Shown: piece by piece, positions 20,173-31,259 of the stretch
Position numbering within the stretch: the first letter of the stretch is position 1
Layout: every line of letters begins with the position of its first letter
Assembly (NCBI GenBank): GCA_965246715.1
Contig: CBDFFH010000037.1
Coordinates: 64,001-128,000, forward strand
Length of the DNA: 64,000 nt
Direction: 5' to 3'
From: Chamaesiphon sp.
GTDB taxonomy: Bacteria; Cyanobacteriota; Cyanobacteriia; Cyanobacteriales; Chamaesiphonaceae
Notes under the pieces: model-generated
The model's input: only the letters and a program-made list of their open reading frames with translations
The model's database searches: none
What the model was told of the DNA's origin: nothing
Translations under genes and position numbers: made by a program

Positions 20173-23100
20173 ATGCCGAACAAAACACATGGAGATCTGA
20201 ATAAAAGCCGTGCTCGTAGAGTGTTCATGGCTTTGTTTGACTACGTGAATGTGGATACGGATAAGCCGCCGTTACATTTCAGTCAAGCAGATTTTGATGA
20301 AAAAAAAGATGGTCTAACATTTTTCTTCCACACTAAAAAGGCAGGGTTGTGGGAAATTTGTACTAAGAATCGAAAAGCTGGTAAAGACGAGAAGGAAAAT
20401 GAGTATGACAAGGAGATTCGCAAAGCTGTTTCCGAGCTTCTACCAGCATTGGGTCGAGTGGTAGATAAGCGCACCAAGCGGGACATTAATGGAGGTGTTT
20501 GGAAATTTGACATCACTTTTTGGAGTATCTATCGAGCAGAAAATATTCATCGATTCGATCGAGAGTGGGAAGAGAAAAAAAGTAATGGTGGCTTTGAATC
20601 GATCGAAGCCACGGTAGAGCAATTAGAGCCTCCTATTCCAACTCTCACAACCACGACACCAACCCAACCCCAACAACGACGACTAATTGGGAATGCAAAC
20701 TCCCCCATTCCCAATTGGGTGGGGCGCGAAGAACTTTTAATCGAGCTACATACCGAATTGGAAAATAACCGTCGGGTGCTGGTGCTGTGTGGACAAGGTG
20801 GCATCGGCAAGACGAGCTTGGCGGTGAAACTGATGGCGACTTGTGGGGTGGATACCGCGAAGTCGCTGCTGCTAGAAACTTGCCCCTATGACAATGTGCT
20901 GTTTCGCCAAGTCAAGGAGAGCGATAGCTTTGAATCCTTGGTGGGGAAGTTTTTTAAGGCGTTTGGGCTGGCTAGTAATAGCAATGGTACGCCAGCGGAA
21001 AAGATCGAGTCGATCGTGCAGCAGCTACATCAGCAGCGGTGGCTGGTGGTTTTAGATAACTTGGAATCTTTGATGGAGTTTGACAGTGCCAAATCCAAAT
21101 CCGCAGATGTCGGGGATTTGCTCAACAAGCTGGCTTATGGCGGGCATAATTCCCAGATTGTCATCACCAGTCGGAAACTTCCAGAGGATCTGTACGATCG
21201 ACGGGGTAGGGGGTTCAATCCTGCGGTAGTGGGCGAATGTAAGATTCCTGGAATCTCGGTGGCGGATAGTATCAAACTGCTGAAGGAATTGGGAGCTAGA
21301 GATATTCAGGCAGATCTGGAATGGATTGCGGGGAGAGTGGGTGGGAATGTGCTTATTCTCGGACTATTGGCTAGCTATTCTAAACAAAAGCCAGGATTGT
21401 TACGCAATCAAGAGCATCTAGTCACCAAGGAAGCAAAACCGATCGTGCGGGCACAGTATGAATTACAAGGAGTGCCAGCGCAGGATTTGTTACAGCGGAT
21501 GTGCGTATTGCGGATGGGGATGAATGCAGAGGCATTGACGATCCTCAGATTGTTACAGCCTGATGGTGAGACGATGGAGCTTACTTCAGAAGCAGAGGCG
21601 GCGACAGAAGATTTATTGACAGGCTTGGTGAATTCCGATCTGTTGCAGGATCGATATGATGAGTCGATCTGTGAAAGTCGGTATATCTTGCATCCATTGA
21701 TGGCAGAGACATTCCGAGAAATGTTTAAAGAGGATTTAAAGCTGTTGTGGCATTACGCCGCTAGACTATATGGTTCTTTCGATCTGCCTGAAGATGAAAT
21801 TTTCAGCAGTTTTGAAGATATGCGGTTCGTTTTAGAAGAGTTGCATTTCTACTGGCTATTAGAGACAGATCGAGAAAATCTCATCGGGATAGTTATTAGT
21901 GGTGTCCTACCAAATTTACGTAGGTGGTGCTATTGGGATTTGACCGAAGAATGGTTGCAGCGCATTCTCGCAGTTAGAACCGAATTAGGCGATCGAGCGG
22001 GGATGGCAACTTCTTGGGGCGTACTAGGAGATATCGCCCGCAATCGGGGCGATTATGACAAAGCTGAAGCTCTCTACCACCAATCTCTCGCAGTTTATAC
22101 CGAAATAGGCGATCGAGCGGGGATGGCAACTTCTTGGGGCGTACTAGGAGATATCGCCCGCAATCGGGGCGATTATGACAAAGCTGAAGCTCTCTACCAC
22201 CAATCTCTCGCAGTTTATACCGAAATAGGCGATCGAGCGGGGATGGCAACTTCTTGGGGCGTACTAGGATACATCGCCAGCAAGCGGGGAGATTATGACA
22301 AGGCTGAAGCTCTTTACAACCAATGTCTAGCAGTTAGAACCGAATTAGGCGATCGAGCGGGGATGGCAACTTCTTGGGGCGTACTAGGAGATATCGCCAG
22401 CAAGCGGGGCGATTATGACAAGGCTGAAGCTCTTTACAACCAATGTCTAGCAGTTAGAACCGAATTAGGCGATCGAGCGGGGATGGCAACTTCTTGGGGC
22501 GTACTAGGAGATATCGCCCGCAATCGGGGCGATTACGACAAGGCTGAAGCTCTCTACCACCAATCTCTAACAGTTAGAACCGAATTAGGCGATCGAGCGG
22601 GGATGGCAACTTCTTGGGGCGTACTAGGATACATCGCCCGCAATCGGGGCGATTATGACAAGGCTGAAGCTCTTTACAACCAATGTCTAGCAGTTAGAAC
22701 CGAATTAGGCGATCGAGCGGGGATGGCAACTTCTTGGGGCGTACTAGGAGATATCGCCAGCAAGCGGGGAGATTATGACAAGGCTGAAGCTCTTTACAAC
22801 CAATGTCTAGCAGTTAGAACCGAATTAGGCGATCGAGCGGGGATGGCAACTTCTTGGGGCGTACTAGGAGATATCGCCCGCAATCGGGGCGATTACGACA
22901 AGGCTGAAGCTCTCTACCACCAATCTCTAACAGTTAGAACCGAATTAGGCGATCGAGCGGGGATGGCAACTTCTTGGGCGTACTAGGAGATATCGCCCGC
23001 AATCGGGGCGATTATGACAAGGCTGAAGCTCTTTACAACCAATGTCTAGCAGTTAGAACCGAATTAGGCGATCGAGCGGGGATGGCAACTTCTTGGGGCG

Positions 23101-23477
23101 TACTAGGATACATCGCCAGCAAGCGGGGAGATTATGACAAGGCTGAAGCTCTTTACAACCAATGTCTAGCAGTTAGAACCGAATTAGGCGATCGAGCGGG
23201 GATGGCAGCTATTTGGCGTTCGTTGGGTGTTGTCGAACGGGAGCGGGGTAATCTCGATCCTGCGAAAACATGGATGAAGCAGGCACTTTCCATGATGGAA
23301 GAACTGCGGATGCCTGAAGGTATTGCTGGACTTAATTGGAGCTTGGCACTGTTGTACCGTGCCAAAGGTGACGAACCAACAGCACAAGAGCATTACGCAA
23401 TCTCCCATACTCTTTACACCAAACTCGGCGCGAAGGGAGACTTAGCAGAAATGGAAAGTGAGTGGGGTGTGAACTAG
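20173..23477 (+). CDS. NB-ARC-TPR STAND protein with N-terminal wHTH-like domain; 1-bp frameshift at about 22977
   Basis: GQGGIGKT, VLDN, LHPL; 40-aa TPR array continues in ORF 22974..23477; GGG in place of GGGG in repeat 9. Confidence 0.9.
21969..23208 (+). repeat. Tandem array of ten near-identical 120-bp TPR-coding units plus a partial unit
   Basis: GGCGATCGAGCGGGGATGGCA recurs every 120 bp. Confidence 0.95.
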
Positions 23478-23761
23478 TCGTTCTGGTAGTTCAGCGGTTG
23501 AAACCGCTGCTGGTGCTGCAAAACCCGCCTGCGCGGGTTAAGAGTTCTAGTCTGCGGAGGCAGACTTCGCAGCACTAGCGACGATTTCAATCGTGTGGCA
23601 ATCGTGCGGCGACATTCACCACCACCCGCATTCAAAGGTGCCCTCAGCCCAGATCGTGAACACCTATCCTCAGCGATTCTGGCAGCGATCGATCGATTTA
23701 CTGATGGTTAGAGGTAATTTCGATCGACTAAAATTAGGGATAAATAGCGAGAAAAGTCACG

Positions 23762-24052
23762 ATGTCGATCGCGCTCAAACCAGAACAACAGCAGTTTATC
23801 CAACAACAGATCGCCCTGGGGCGGTTTGGATCTGAAGAAGAAGTCTTAGAAAAAGCCTTGCAACTACTATCATCCCAGTACCAGGAATACGACAACTGGG
23901 TAGAAGATACTAGAGCCAAAATAGATGAAGCTCAAGCAGAGATCGATCGCGGTGAGGGAATTCCGCTCGATGTGGCAATGACTCAACTTCGTGATTCTCA
24001 GAACGAGAGGCTGCGCCAACGAATCGATCGCGACCAGACAGATCGAGCATGA
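23762..24052 (+). CDS. ParD-like ribbon-helix-helix antitoxin
   Basis: MSIALKPEQQQFI..GRF.S.EEV; overlaps a ParE fragment. Confidence 0.8.
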   Translation: MSIALKPEQQQFIQQQIALGRFGSEEEVLEKALQLLSSQYQEYDNWVEDTRAKIDEAQAEIDRGEGIPLDVAMTQLRDSQNERLRQRIDRDQTDRA

Positions 24053-24192
24053 ACCAGTGCATCCTATCACCAAAAGCACTTCGGGATCTTAACGACATTT
24101 CTAGCTATTTTGCCCAGCAGAATATCGAAGCTGGAGAACGAGTGGAGAGACTAACGACAACGATTTACCGAGGAATAGGTGCGTTGGCGTAG
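24049..24192 (+). pseudogene. Truncated ParE/RelE toxin
   Basis: MNQCILSPKALRDLNDISSYFAQQNIEAGER, then unrelated sequence and a stop. Confidence 0.7.
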
Positions 24193-24275
24193 CCTCTCAC
24201 CTCGGAGAATCGTTAGGACACGCAAACATTCGCTACAATGGACGATAGAGCTAGGATCGACCCAATCTAACAATT

Positions 24276-24551
24276 ATGACTTCTCAGCTAGAATCATTAA
24301 TCCAACAAGCAACTCAACTCGATCGAGACGAAAGAATCGAGTTAATTACTTATTTAGCTAATTCGCTTCATTCTAGTAACGATCCCGCCTCAGAGCTAAT
24401 TTTGACCGAGCTTCAGCAAGCCCAACTAGATCGACTGCGATTGGAGATCGAGATCGGATTAGAGCAAGTAAGAACGGGTGATACTGTCGATGGCGAAACA
24501 GTTTTCGCAAATTTGAGAACTAGAATCGACAGCTATAGAGAACTAAAATAG
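24276..24551 (+). CDS. Putative antitoxin (ParD-like C-terminus)
   Basis: LRLEIEIGLEQ..G..VDGE; coupled to the ParE gene. Confidence 0.7.
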   Translation: MTSQLESLIQQATQLDRDERIELITYLANSLHSSNDPASELILTELQQAQLDRLRLEIEIGLEQVRTGDTVDGETVFANLRTRIDSYRELK

Positions 24552-24847
24552 TGGGTACTTACTCTTTTACCAAAGCTGCAATTCAAGATTTAGACTCGAT
24601 TTGCGACGATATTGCTATTGATAACCCTGATGCCGCCAGTAATTTATTTGATGACATTAGAAAACAATGCGTCCGCGTTGCCAAATTCCCACTAAGTGGC
24701 AAAAACTATGACATACTCAAACCAAATTTGCGTGGTTTTATTGTTAAAAATTATATTGTCTTCTACACCATCGAAGGTGAAAATATTTCGATTGTCAAAG
24801 TAGTCAGCGGTTATAGAGATCTGGAAGCGATCTTTCGATCGAAATAA
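24551..24847 (+). CDS. ParE/RelE family toxin
   Basis: A..DL..I...IA.DNP.AA, FP.SG, YIVFY, RDL. Confidence 0.9.
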   Translation: MGTYSFTKAAIQDLDSICDDIAIDNPDAASNLFDDIRKQCVRVAKFPLSGKNYDILKPNLRGFIVKNYIVFYTIEGENISIVKVVSGYRDLEAIFRSK

Positions 24848-25280
24848 TCGATCGATGTACATTCACCACACCATAAATACTCTCAAGTGCGATCGTGTCA
24901 ACAACAGAAATAATCTTCTTAACTGGCCATCACATTCGTTTAACCACTCAATCGAATGGACAGCACCACATCACAGTCCCCGCACACTATCCGCTCAAAG
25001 TTGGTACTTTAAATGCTATTCTGCGCAGTGTCGCAGAACACTGAGGTTTGATTAATGATGAGTTTCTAGAACAAATGTTTGGCGCATAAATCTCGATCGT
25101 ATTCTCGATATTCTCCCCTAGAGCAAGAGAACTTAGTGGTGGCAATTTGGAGTGTGATATCGATCGCTGCTTAATTGACAATTTCCCCTATTCTAAATTT
25201 CAGGGATTTTATGTGGAAACTACTGAGCGATCTTTTCTAACATGCTGCGTATAATAGGAACTAATTTGTGATGGCTAAAG

Positions 25281-26567
25281 ATGATGCGTTTTTTATCGAT
25301 TTTACCGCTCGTGTCGATCGGCGGTTTAATAACAGTAGCTATTGCCACTCAGCCGTCACCCAATGGTGCAAATCTTCAGTCTTCTTCGCCATTGGGATCG
25401 ACAAGTAATGCTAGTCAAAATCTTACCAGCCAGAAATCGGCAACCGTACCCGATTTTTTAGTTTTGGGCGGTGGTGGCGCACCATCTTATAACGAAATTG
25501 CGATCGAAAAAAATGTGCTTTATTTTCAACGCACGCTGAAGACATTGGGGTTCGATCCCAGCCAAGCGACAATTTTATTTGCCAATGGTAACGATGGAAG
25601 CGAGACGGTACGCTATGTAGACGCAGATCGCTCAGAACGATTCAAAGCACCCAATATCCCCTATCTCCAAGCTGCGGCGACAGTTGACAATTTAGAGCAA
25701 TCGCTCCAGCAGATCGCCAACGCATCCGGCTCAGATCGCCGCCCACTGTTTTTTTACTTTACCGGGCACGGTTCCCGCAACCGAGAAGACGAAGATAACA
25801 ACACGATGATGCTATGGAACGAGCAAAGCTTTAGTGTGCGGGAGTTTGCGACATTTTTGGATCGGTTGCCGCCCACAAAGCCCGTCGTCACTGTGATGGT
25901 GCAATGTTATGCAGGTGCGTTTGCTAACTCGATCGTCTATGAAAATGGCGATCCGCAAGCTAAAATTGTCGATCGACATCGCTGTGGTTTTTTTGCTACC
26001 ACTAAGTATTTACCCTCGGTGGGCTGTACTGCTGAAGTCAATGAAGCCGACTATCGAGACTATAGTTCGAGCTTCTTTGCTGGTTTGAGCGGCACCAATC
26101 GCATCGGGCAGCGCGTAGCCTCTGCTGACTATAACCAAGATGGGCGGGTATCCTATCTTGAAGCCCATGCTTTTGCTAAAGTTGACGAACAAGCTGCCGA
26201 TTTACCGATCTCCACCTCCGAATCCTGGCTGCAATCTCAGCTTTCAGAGGCCGCCGCCGCGAAGCTGCTCGACGATCGGTCGCTCTCCACATTGCTAGCC
26301 ACCGCCCGCCCCGAACAACGGTTTGTGGTGCAATCTTTGGCTAAACAGCTTAATTTCAATCTGCGTAAAAGCTATATGGATAACTACGATCGGCTCGAGC
26401 CATCTGTTACGGAAAATGAACTAAAATCTACCTATCTAGCCCGACTGAAAATAGAGCTAATTAATATTGCGATCGAACAGCAACTTCGGAATAGCAAGAA
26501 TACCCAAAAAATTGCAATTCTCGATCGATTGCTAAATTGCGAGTCGGGTTCTCTTGGCAAAAGTTAA
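25281..26567 (+). CDS. Exported clan CD (caspase/C13-like) cysteine peptidase
   Basis: N-terminal hydrophobic segment; FTGHG and VQCYAG His/Cys dyad. Confidence 0.75.
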   Translation: MMRFLSILPLVSIGGLITVAIATQPSPNGANLQSSSPLGSTSNASQNLTSQKSATVPDFLVLGGGGAPSYNEIAIEKNVLYFQRTLKTLGFDPSQATILFANGNDGSETVRYVDADRSERFKAPNIPYLQAAATVDNLEQSLQQIANASGSDRRPLFFYFTGHGSRNREDEDNNTMMLWNEQSFSVREFATFLDRLPPTKPVVTVMVQCYAGAFANSIVYENGDPQAKIVDRHRCGFFATTKYLPSVGCTAEVNEADYRDYSSSFFAGLSGTNRIGQRVASADYNQDGRVSYLEAHAFAKVDEQAADLPISTSESWLQSQLSEAAAAKLLDDRSLSTLLATARPEQRFVVQSLAKQLNFNLRKSYMDNYDRLEPSVTENELKSTYLARLKIELINIAIEQQLRNSKNTQKIAILDRLLNCESGSLGKS

Positions 26568-26603
26568 TCAGTATTTACTAGTTATCTGGTAATTGAATTT
26601 ATC

Positions 26604-27002
26604 AATAACGGTCTTAAACTCTGGCGACCGCTGCTTGCTCAGAGCGGTATTGCCGTTATATCTGAGCTAAGTTGGTTTATCGATCGTCCGCCAGATCCGG
26701 CGATCGCATATTGGCAAAATGCCTATCCCATGATGGGGACTGAGGCTGAGAATATCGTTCGCGCAGCGTCCCCTCTGGGGAATCGGGCAAATCGGTCTGG
26801 CTTTAGAGTCCTTTCAACCCATCGACTGCCGAGTCAGGCTTGGTGGGTCAATTATTACGAACCCCTGCGCGAGCGGATGCAGCAGATCGAAATCACTCCA
26901 ATTACTCGATCGGTTATTGATGAAACTGAAGCAGAGATGCGAATGTTTGAACGATTTAGCGACTCCGATGGTTATACGTTCTATATTCTGCAAGCAGTTT
27001 AA
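26604..27002 (+). pseudogene. C-terminal fragment of a class I SAM methyltransferase
   Basis: LKLWRPLL..G.AVISELSW..YW..AYP.M..WWVNYYEPL; no N-terminus. Confidence 0.6.
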
Positions 27003-27334
27003 AAAAAGCTGACGAATATTAAATCTCCTGTAAAAAACTCCACTACTTGATTGTATCGAAGCTTTTAAATCCTGGTTTAGCACTTTTGGAATGACGATTC
27101 CGCAATGCGAATGCTGCTTGGTGAAACGCACGCTGTAGGCGTTGGCGAAGCCTGCCGTAGGCATACGAAGCGAGACGTGCCGCTAGGCGGGAACCGTCTA
27201 ACGACACGTCTTCGCCTACAGCGCGATTTCATCCGCTACGCGAACGAATCGCCCGTTCCCGAACCAAAAAATGGATTTGTCTTGTCGCTGAGATCGAGCA
27301 CCAATGCAGATTGCCTAACATTTACGATCGTAGA

Positions 27335-27412
27335 TCCGATCTTTTCCGATCGTCAACAGCAGACTTTCCCCGATCTTTTCTGGCTGTCAAACTATTTGTG
27401 GGAGCTTATTCT
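27335..27412 (+). promoter_or_regulatory. Conserved 78-bp operator/promoter element, copy 3
   Basis: Same architecture and spacing as copy 1. Confidence 0.8.
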
Positions 27413-27479
27413 AAAAGACATGGAGCAGGTTAACACCTTCCTCCTTATCTAACTCACAATTACAACAGGAACGATCGTT

Positions 27480-27923
27480 ATGAATTTCTTCAAATCTTGT
27501 CTCAACCTCACATTACTTAGCTTATTAACTTGCACTGGATTGGCTGCACCCGCCTTGGCAACACCGGATTTCGATAATAGCAGCCGAGACGCAGATTTCG
27601 AGGGGAATGTAGATAACGGGGGATCTCGGAAGATTAAAGGCGATGTTACCGCCACCGACGATCTAAAAGATTTCCGAAAATTTCTGCTCACTGGTCGCTC
27701 TAACCTACATATAACGGCTGAAGGCGTGGCACCTAATGGTGGACGAACCAATTTGTCATTACTTAGCGCATCAGGTCAAGTAATTGCTAAAAGTTCGGGT
27801 TCTTTTTCTCACTCATTTACCCGCAAGAATCTAGCCCCAGGGAATTATATTATAGTCATTGAGAGCGCACAATTTAACGCTAACAAAGTCAATTACCAAG
27901 TTACTGTCGATGCGCGTGGATAG
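27480..27923 (+). CDS. Secreted PPC-like beta-sandwich protein
   Basis: Signal peptide ending ALA; D.RKF, L.LL...G..I, LAPGNYII, Y.VTV. Confidence 0.7.
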   Translation: MNFFKSCLNLTLLSLLTCTGLAAPALATPDFDNSSRDADFEGNVDNGGSRKIKGDVTATDDLKDFRKFLLTGRSNLHITAEGVAPNGGRTNLSLLSASGQVIAKSSGSFSHSFTRKNLAPGNYIIVIESAQFNANKVNYQVTVDARG

Positions 27924-28058
27924 TTGAGCCGATTCTCTTGCTCCAGAGGCTACGCCAACGATTAGATCTCTATCAATCAATTATTGCAAAGATCCGCGAT
28001 CGCTACCCTAATCCAGACCACTCTGTTTTTATCGTCTGACATACGGAGAAGAGTAAGT

Positions 28059-28625
28059 ATGAAAAAAATTGCAGTATTTGGCAATGCTGGTGGTGGGAAA
28101 TCAACTTTAAGCCAGAAATTATCAGAAATTATCGGCTTACCATTACACGTCTTGGATAAAATCCAATATCAATCGAAAGGTGTTGCCGTTCCTGCCGCAG
28201 AATATCAGCGCATTCATGCCCAAATTCTGGCTACCGATCGCTGGATTATTGATGGCTTTGGTTGTATGGAGACACTCTGGCCGAGACTGGATGCAGCAGA
28301 TAGTTTGGTATTTGTCGATTTGCCACTGTATTTACATTTTTGGTGGGTAACTAAAAGAATGTTAACAGGTGGCTTTAATCCACCAGCAGGCTGGCCAGAA
28401 AATAGCCCGATCTTGAAGAGTTCGATAACTAGTTATCGTAATTTGTGGTTGTGCGATAAATATTTGACTCCCAAATATCGCGAGTATATCGCGACTGCTA
28501 AAAGCATTAAGGATGTCTATCATCTGAGATCTTCTCAACAGATCGAGCAGTTTTTGGCATCGATTCTCTTGCAGAGAGGCTACGTCAACGATTCAGGCAA
28601 TACTACCCAAAACAATCGTCAGTGA
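28059..28625 (+). CDS. Adenylate-kinase-like P-loop protein (FlaR/topology modulation type)
   Basis: GNAGGGKST, WIIDG. Confidence 0.85.
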   Translation: MKKIAVFGNAGGGKSTLSQKLSEIIGLPLHVLDKIQYQSKGVAVPAAEYQRIHAQILATDRWIIDGFGCMETLWPRLDAADSLVFVDLPLYLHFWWVTKRMLTGGFNPPAGWPENSPILKSSITSYRNLWLCDKYLTPKYREYIATAKSIKDVYHLRSSQQIEQFLASILLQRGYVNDSGNTTQNNRQ

Positions 28626-29143
28626 TGAGAAAAATTGAATGGAGCAACTATATCGCTCAGAGTTTAATTTGTGCGGGAGTGTTGACGATTCTCATTCTGA
28701 GAGGCTACGCCAACGGGATTTCCACCTTATCTGTGACTCAAAATCATTCCAGCACAGATGAGATCGAACAACAATCTACAACTAAAAATCCTCAGCAGCT
28801 CTGTAGCAATATTCCAGCAGCTAAACCTGTCACCCGCACTGAACTATTCTTTGGATTGCGTAAACCGAATGGAACGGAAGTAAATAATACTGAATTTCAA
28901 CGGTTTCTCGATCGCGAAGTTACGCCCAGATTTCCCGACGGCTTCACCGTAATGTCTGGGCAAGGTCAATTCAAAGATGCTCGTGGTGCCATCCTCCAAG
29001 AGCGATCGAAGTTGTTAATCTTACTCTACCCAATTACAGCAACTAGTAGCCAGCAGATCGAACAAATTCGCAAAGCTTATATCACGGCTTTTCGACAACA
29101 ATCGGTACTCCGCGCCGACAATTTATCTTGTGCAGCTTTTTAA
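28622..29143 (+). CDS. DUF3574-like protein
   Basis: RTELFFG, FLDREVTPRFPDGFTV, F.QQSVLR. Confidence 0.8.
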   Translation: MMRKIEWSNYIAQSLICAGVLTILILRGYANGISTLSVTQNHSSTDEIEQQSTTKNPQQLCSNIPAAKPVTRTELFFGLRKPNGTEVNNTEFQRFLDREVTPRFPDGFTVMSGQGQFKDARGAILQERSKLLILLYPITATSSQQIEQIRKAYITAFRQQSVLRADNLSCAAF

Positions 29144-29172
29144 GATCCGACTTATCTAACGGAGTTAATCTC

Positions 29173-29658
29173 ATGATTCATCATATTTCAATTGATGCTC
29201 GCGATCCATTGCGAGTAGCTAGTGTCTTAGCAAAAATCTTAAATGGGAAGGCATATAAATTCCTAGTTTCCGATAGTTATAGTTATATCGTTATACCTTT
29301 CGACGACTATGGCACTCATATTGTGGTGTTTAAAGAAGGAAATGTATTGAGTCCGAGTACTGATGCCGATCCAGTGAAGGTAATTCAAGCTACTCCCACC
29401 AATTTGGTGGCTATCCATGCTGCTGTTTCAGTTTCTACTAGTCAGCAGCAGATAGAGCAGATCGGGCAACAGGAAGGGTGGAGAGTATTAACTCGCAAAC
29501 AGGGAGATGCTCGATTCAGTCTAGTTGAGTTTTGGGTCGAGAATCGGATTCTATTTGAATTTCTGCCACCGGAATTCACGCCTCAATATCTAGAAATTAT
29601 GAAACTAGAATCGATCGAGCAATTATTAGGTCGATCGCTCGAACCAATAACAGTTTAA
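29173..29658 (+). CDS. VOC-like hypothetical protein, paralog 1
   Basis: MIHHISIDARDP..HAAVS..EFWVENR. Confidence 0.8.
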   Translation: MIHHISIDARDPLRVASVLAKILNGKAYKFLVSDSYSYIVIPFDDYGTHIVVFKEGNVLSPSTDADPVKVIQATPTNLVAIHAAVSVSTSQQQIEQIGQQEGWRVLTRKQGDARFSLVEFWVENRILFEFLPPEFTPQYLEIMKLESIEQLLGRSLEPITV

Positions 29659-29682
29659 TCAAATTAGTAATGGAGTTATCTT

Positions 29683-30168
29683 ATGATTCATCATATGTCG
29701 ATCGATGCTCGCGATCCATTGCGGGTGGCTGGCGTGCTTGCAAAAATCTGGAAGGGAAAAGTATATAAATTTCTCATTCCAGGTAGTTATCTCGTGATGC
29801 CTTTTGATAACTATGGCACTCACATTGTGGTGTTTAAATCGGGTGATATTTGGGTGCCAGGTGCCGATGTCGAAGCAGCTAAGGTAAGCCAAACTACACC
29901 TACCGATTTTGTTTCTGCTCATGTCGCCATCTCTGTTCCGATCGACCATCAGCAGATCGAACAGATCGGACAGAGGGAGGGCTGGCGCGTCCTCACCCGC
30001 AGACAGGGAGATGGCATCCCCTTCAGTGCAGTTGAATTTTGGGTCGAGAATCGCTTTTTGTTTGAGTTTTTCTCACCAGAATTCGCGCCCCAATATCTAC
30101 AAACTATGCAACCAGAAGCGATCGATCGAATTCTAAGTCAGCCTATCGAATTTGCTCCAGTTTCATAA
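29683..30168 (+). CDS. VOC-like hypothetical protein, paralog 2
   Basis: MIHHMSIDARDP..EFWVENR. Confidence 0.8.
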   Translation: MIHHMSIDARDPLRVAGVLAKIWKGKVYKFLIPGSYLVMPFDNYGTHIVVFKSGDIWVPGADVEAAKVSQTTPTDFVSAHVAISVPIDHQQIEQIGQREGWRVLTRRQGDGIPFSAVEFWVENRFLFEFFSPEFAPQYLQTMQPEAIDRILSQPIEFAPVS

Positions 30169-30190
30169 ACTTATCCAGGAGAATTTTAAG

Positions 30191-30631
30191 ATGTCTACCA
30201 CCGCAAATAAAGAGATCGTCCGACGTTTTTACGAAGAAGTTTTCAATCAGCGCAATGTCGATGCGATCGATGAATTAGTCCATCCAGAGTTTACCAATCA
30301 CGATCCCACCCCTGTGGCATCGCGAAATCCTGAGTCGATGAAGCAATTCATTCACACCATCACTCAAGCATTCCCCGACCATCATCACGCGATCGAAGAT
30401 CTCGTTGCCGAAGGAGATAAGGTCGTGATGCGCTGTACCCTTACTGCCACTCATCAAGGGCTGTTTCCAGGCTTTCTGGATATGCCACCTACTGGTAAGT
30501 CGATTTGCCAGCGACAGATTCACATCCTGCGGGTACGGGACGGTAAAGTAGCCGAACATTGGGTCGTTCGGGACGATCTGACAATGATGCAACAGCTCGG
30601 CTTAATTCCGCAACCAGAAATGGCTGCATAA
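30191..30631 (+). CDS. SnoaL-like ester cyclase
   Basis: NKEIVRRF, AFPD, AEGDKV, THQG, PPTGK. Confidence 0.9.
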   Translation: MSTTANKEIVRRFYEEVFNQRNVDAIDELVHPEFTNHDPTPVASRNPESMKQFIHTITQAFPDHHHAIEDLVAEGDKVVMRCTLTATHQGLFPGFLDMPPTGKSICQRQIHILRVRDGKVAEHWVVRDDLTMMQQLGLIPQPEMAA

Positions 30632-30661
30632 CCGATCGAAATAATTTAATGGAGTTATCTA

Positions 30662-31156
30662 ATGATTCATCATATTTCAATCGCCGCACACAACCCCCTG
30701 CACGTTAGCCAAGTGCTCGCAGAACTATTGCAAGGACAATCGGTTCCCTTTCCTGGGCATTCTGGCAGCTACGTCGCGCTGGCTTTCGATCCCCAAGGCA
30801 CGATGGTTGAAGTTCATCCGTTCGGTACTGCTTTAGTCCCTGGCAATGCGGCTGATGAAGCATGTCAACTGCTGCCAAATCCAACCGCATCGATTTACAT
30901 CGCCAATCATACGGCTATTTCTGTCCCAGTTAACATCGATTTTATTCAATCGATTGCCGAGCGTGAATGTTGGCGGATGGTGCATTGTCGTCGCGGTGAT
31001 AATTACTTTGATGTAATTGAATTCTGGGTAGAAAATCAATTGCTAATCGAGTTGTTACCACCAGAAATTGTCGATCGATATCTCGCATTTATGTCACCAG
31101 AATCTCTGGTTGCAGCAGCACAAGCAGCGGCGGCACAACAACCGACAGCAGCATGA
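30662..31156 (+). CDS. VOC-like hypothetical protein, paralog 3
   Basis: MIHHISIAAHNP..EFWVENQ. Confidence 0.8.
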   Translation: MIHHISIAAHNPLHVSQVLAELLQGQSVPFPGHSGSYVALAFDPQGTMVEVHPFGTALVPGNAADEACQLLPNPTASIYIANHTAISVPVNIDFIQSIAERECWRMVHCRRGDNYFDVIEFWVENQLLIELLPPEIVDRYLAFMSPESLVAAAQAAAAQQPTAA

Positions 31157-31259
31157 AATATCATCATCCAAAAGAGTTTGGGCGATCTAGTTGCCAGAGG
31201 TAATGGTAATAATTGCCCCTATCTCTGAGTAACTTCTATCCAAACGATCGAGGAATTTT

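Noticed and set aside
21969..23208. CRISPR array or DGR-like template/variable repeats
   Set aside because: The units are contiguous 120-bp coding repeats with no unique spacers; no cas or reverse transcriptase gene is in the window
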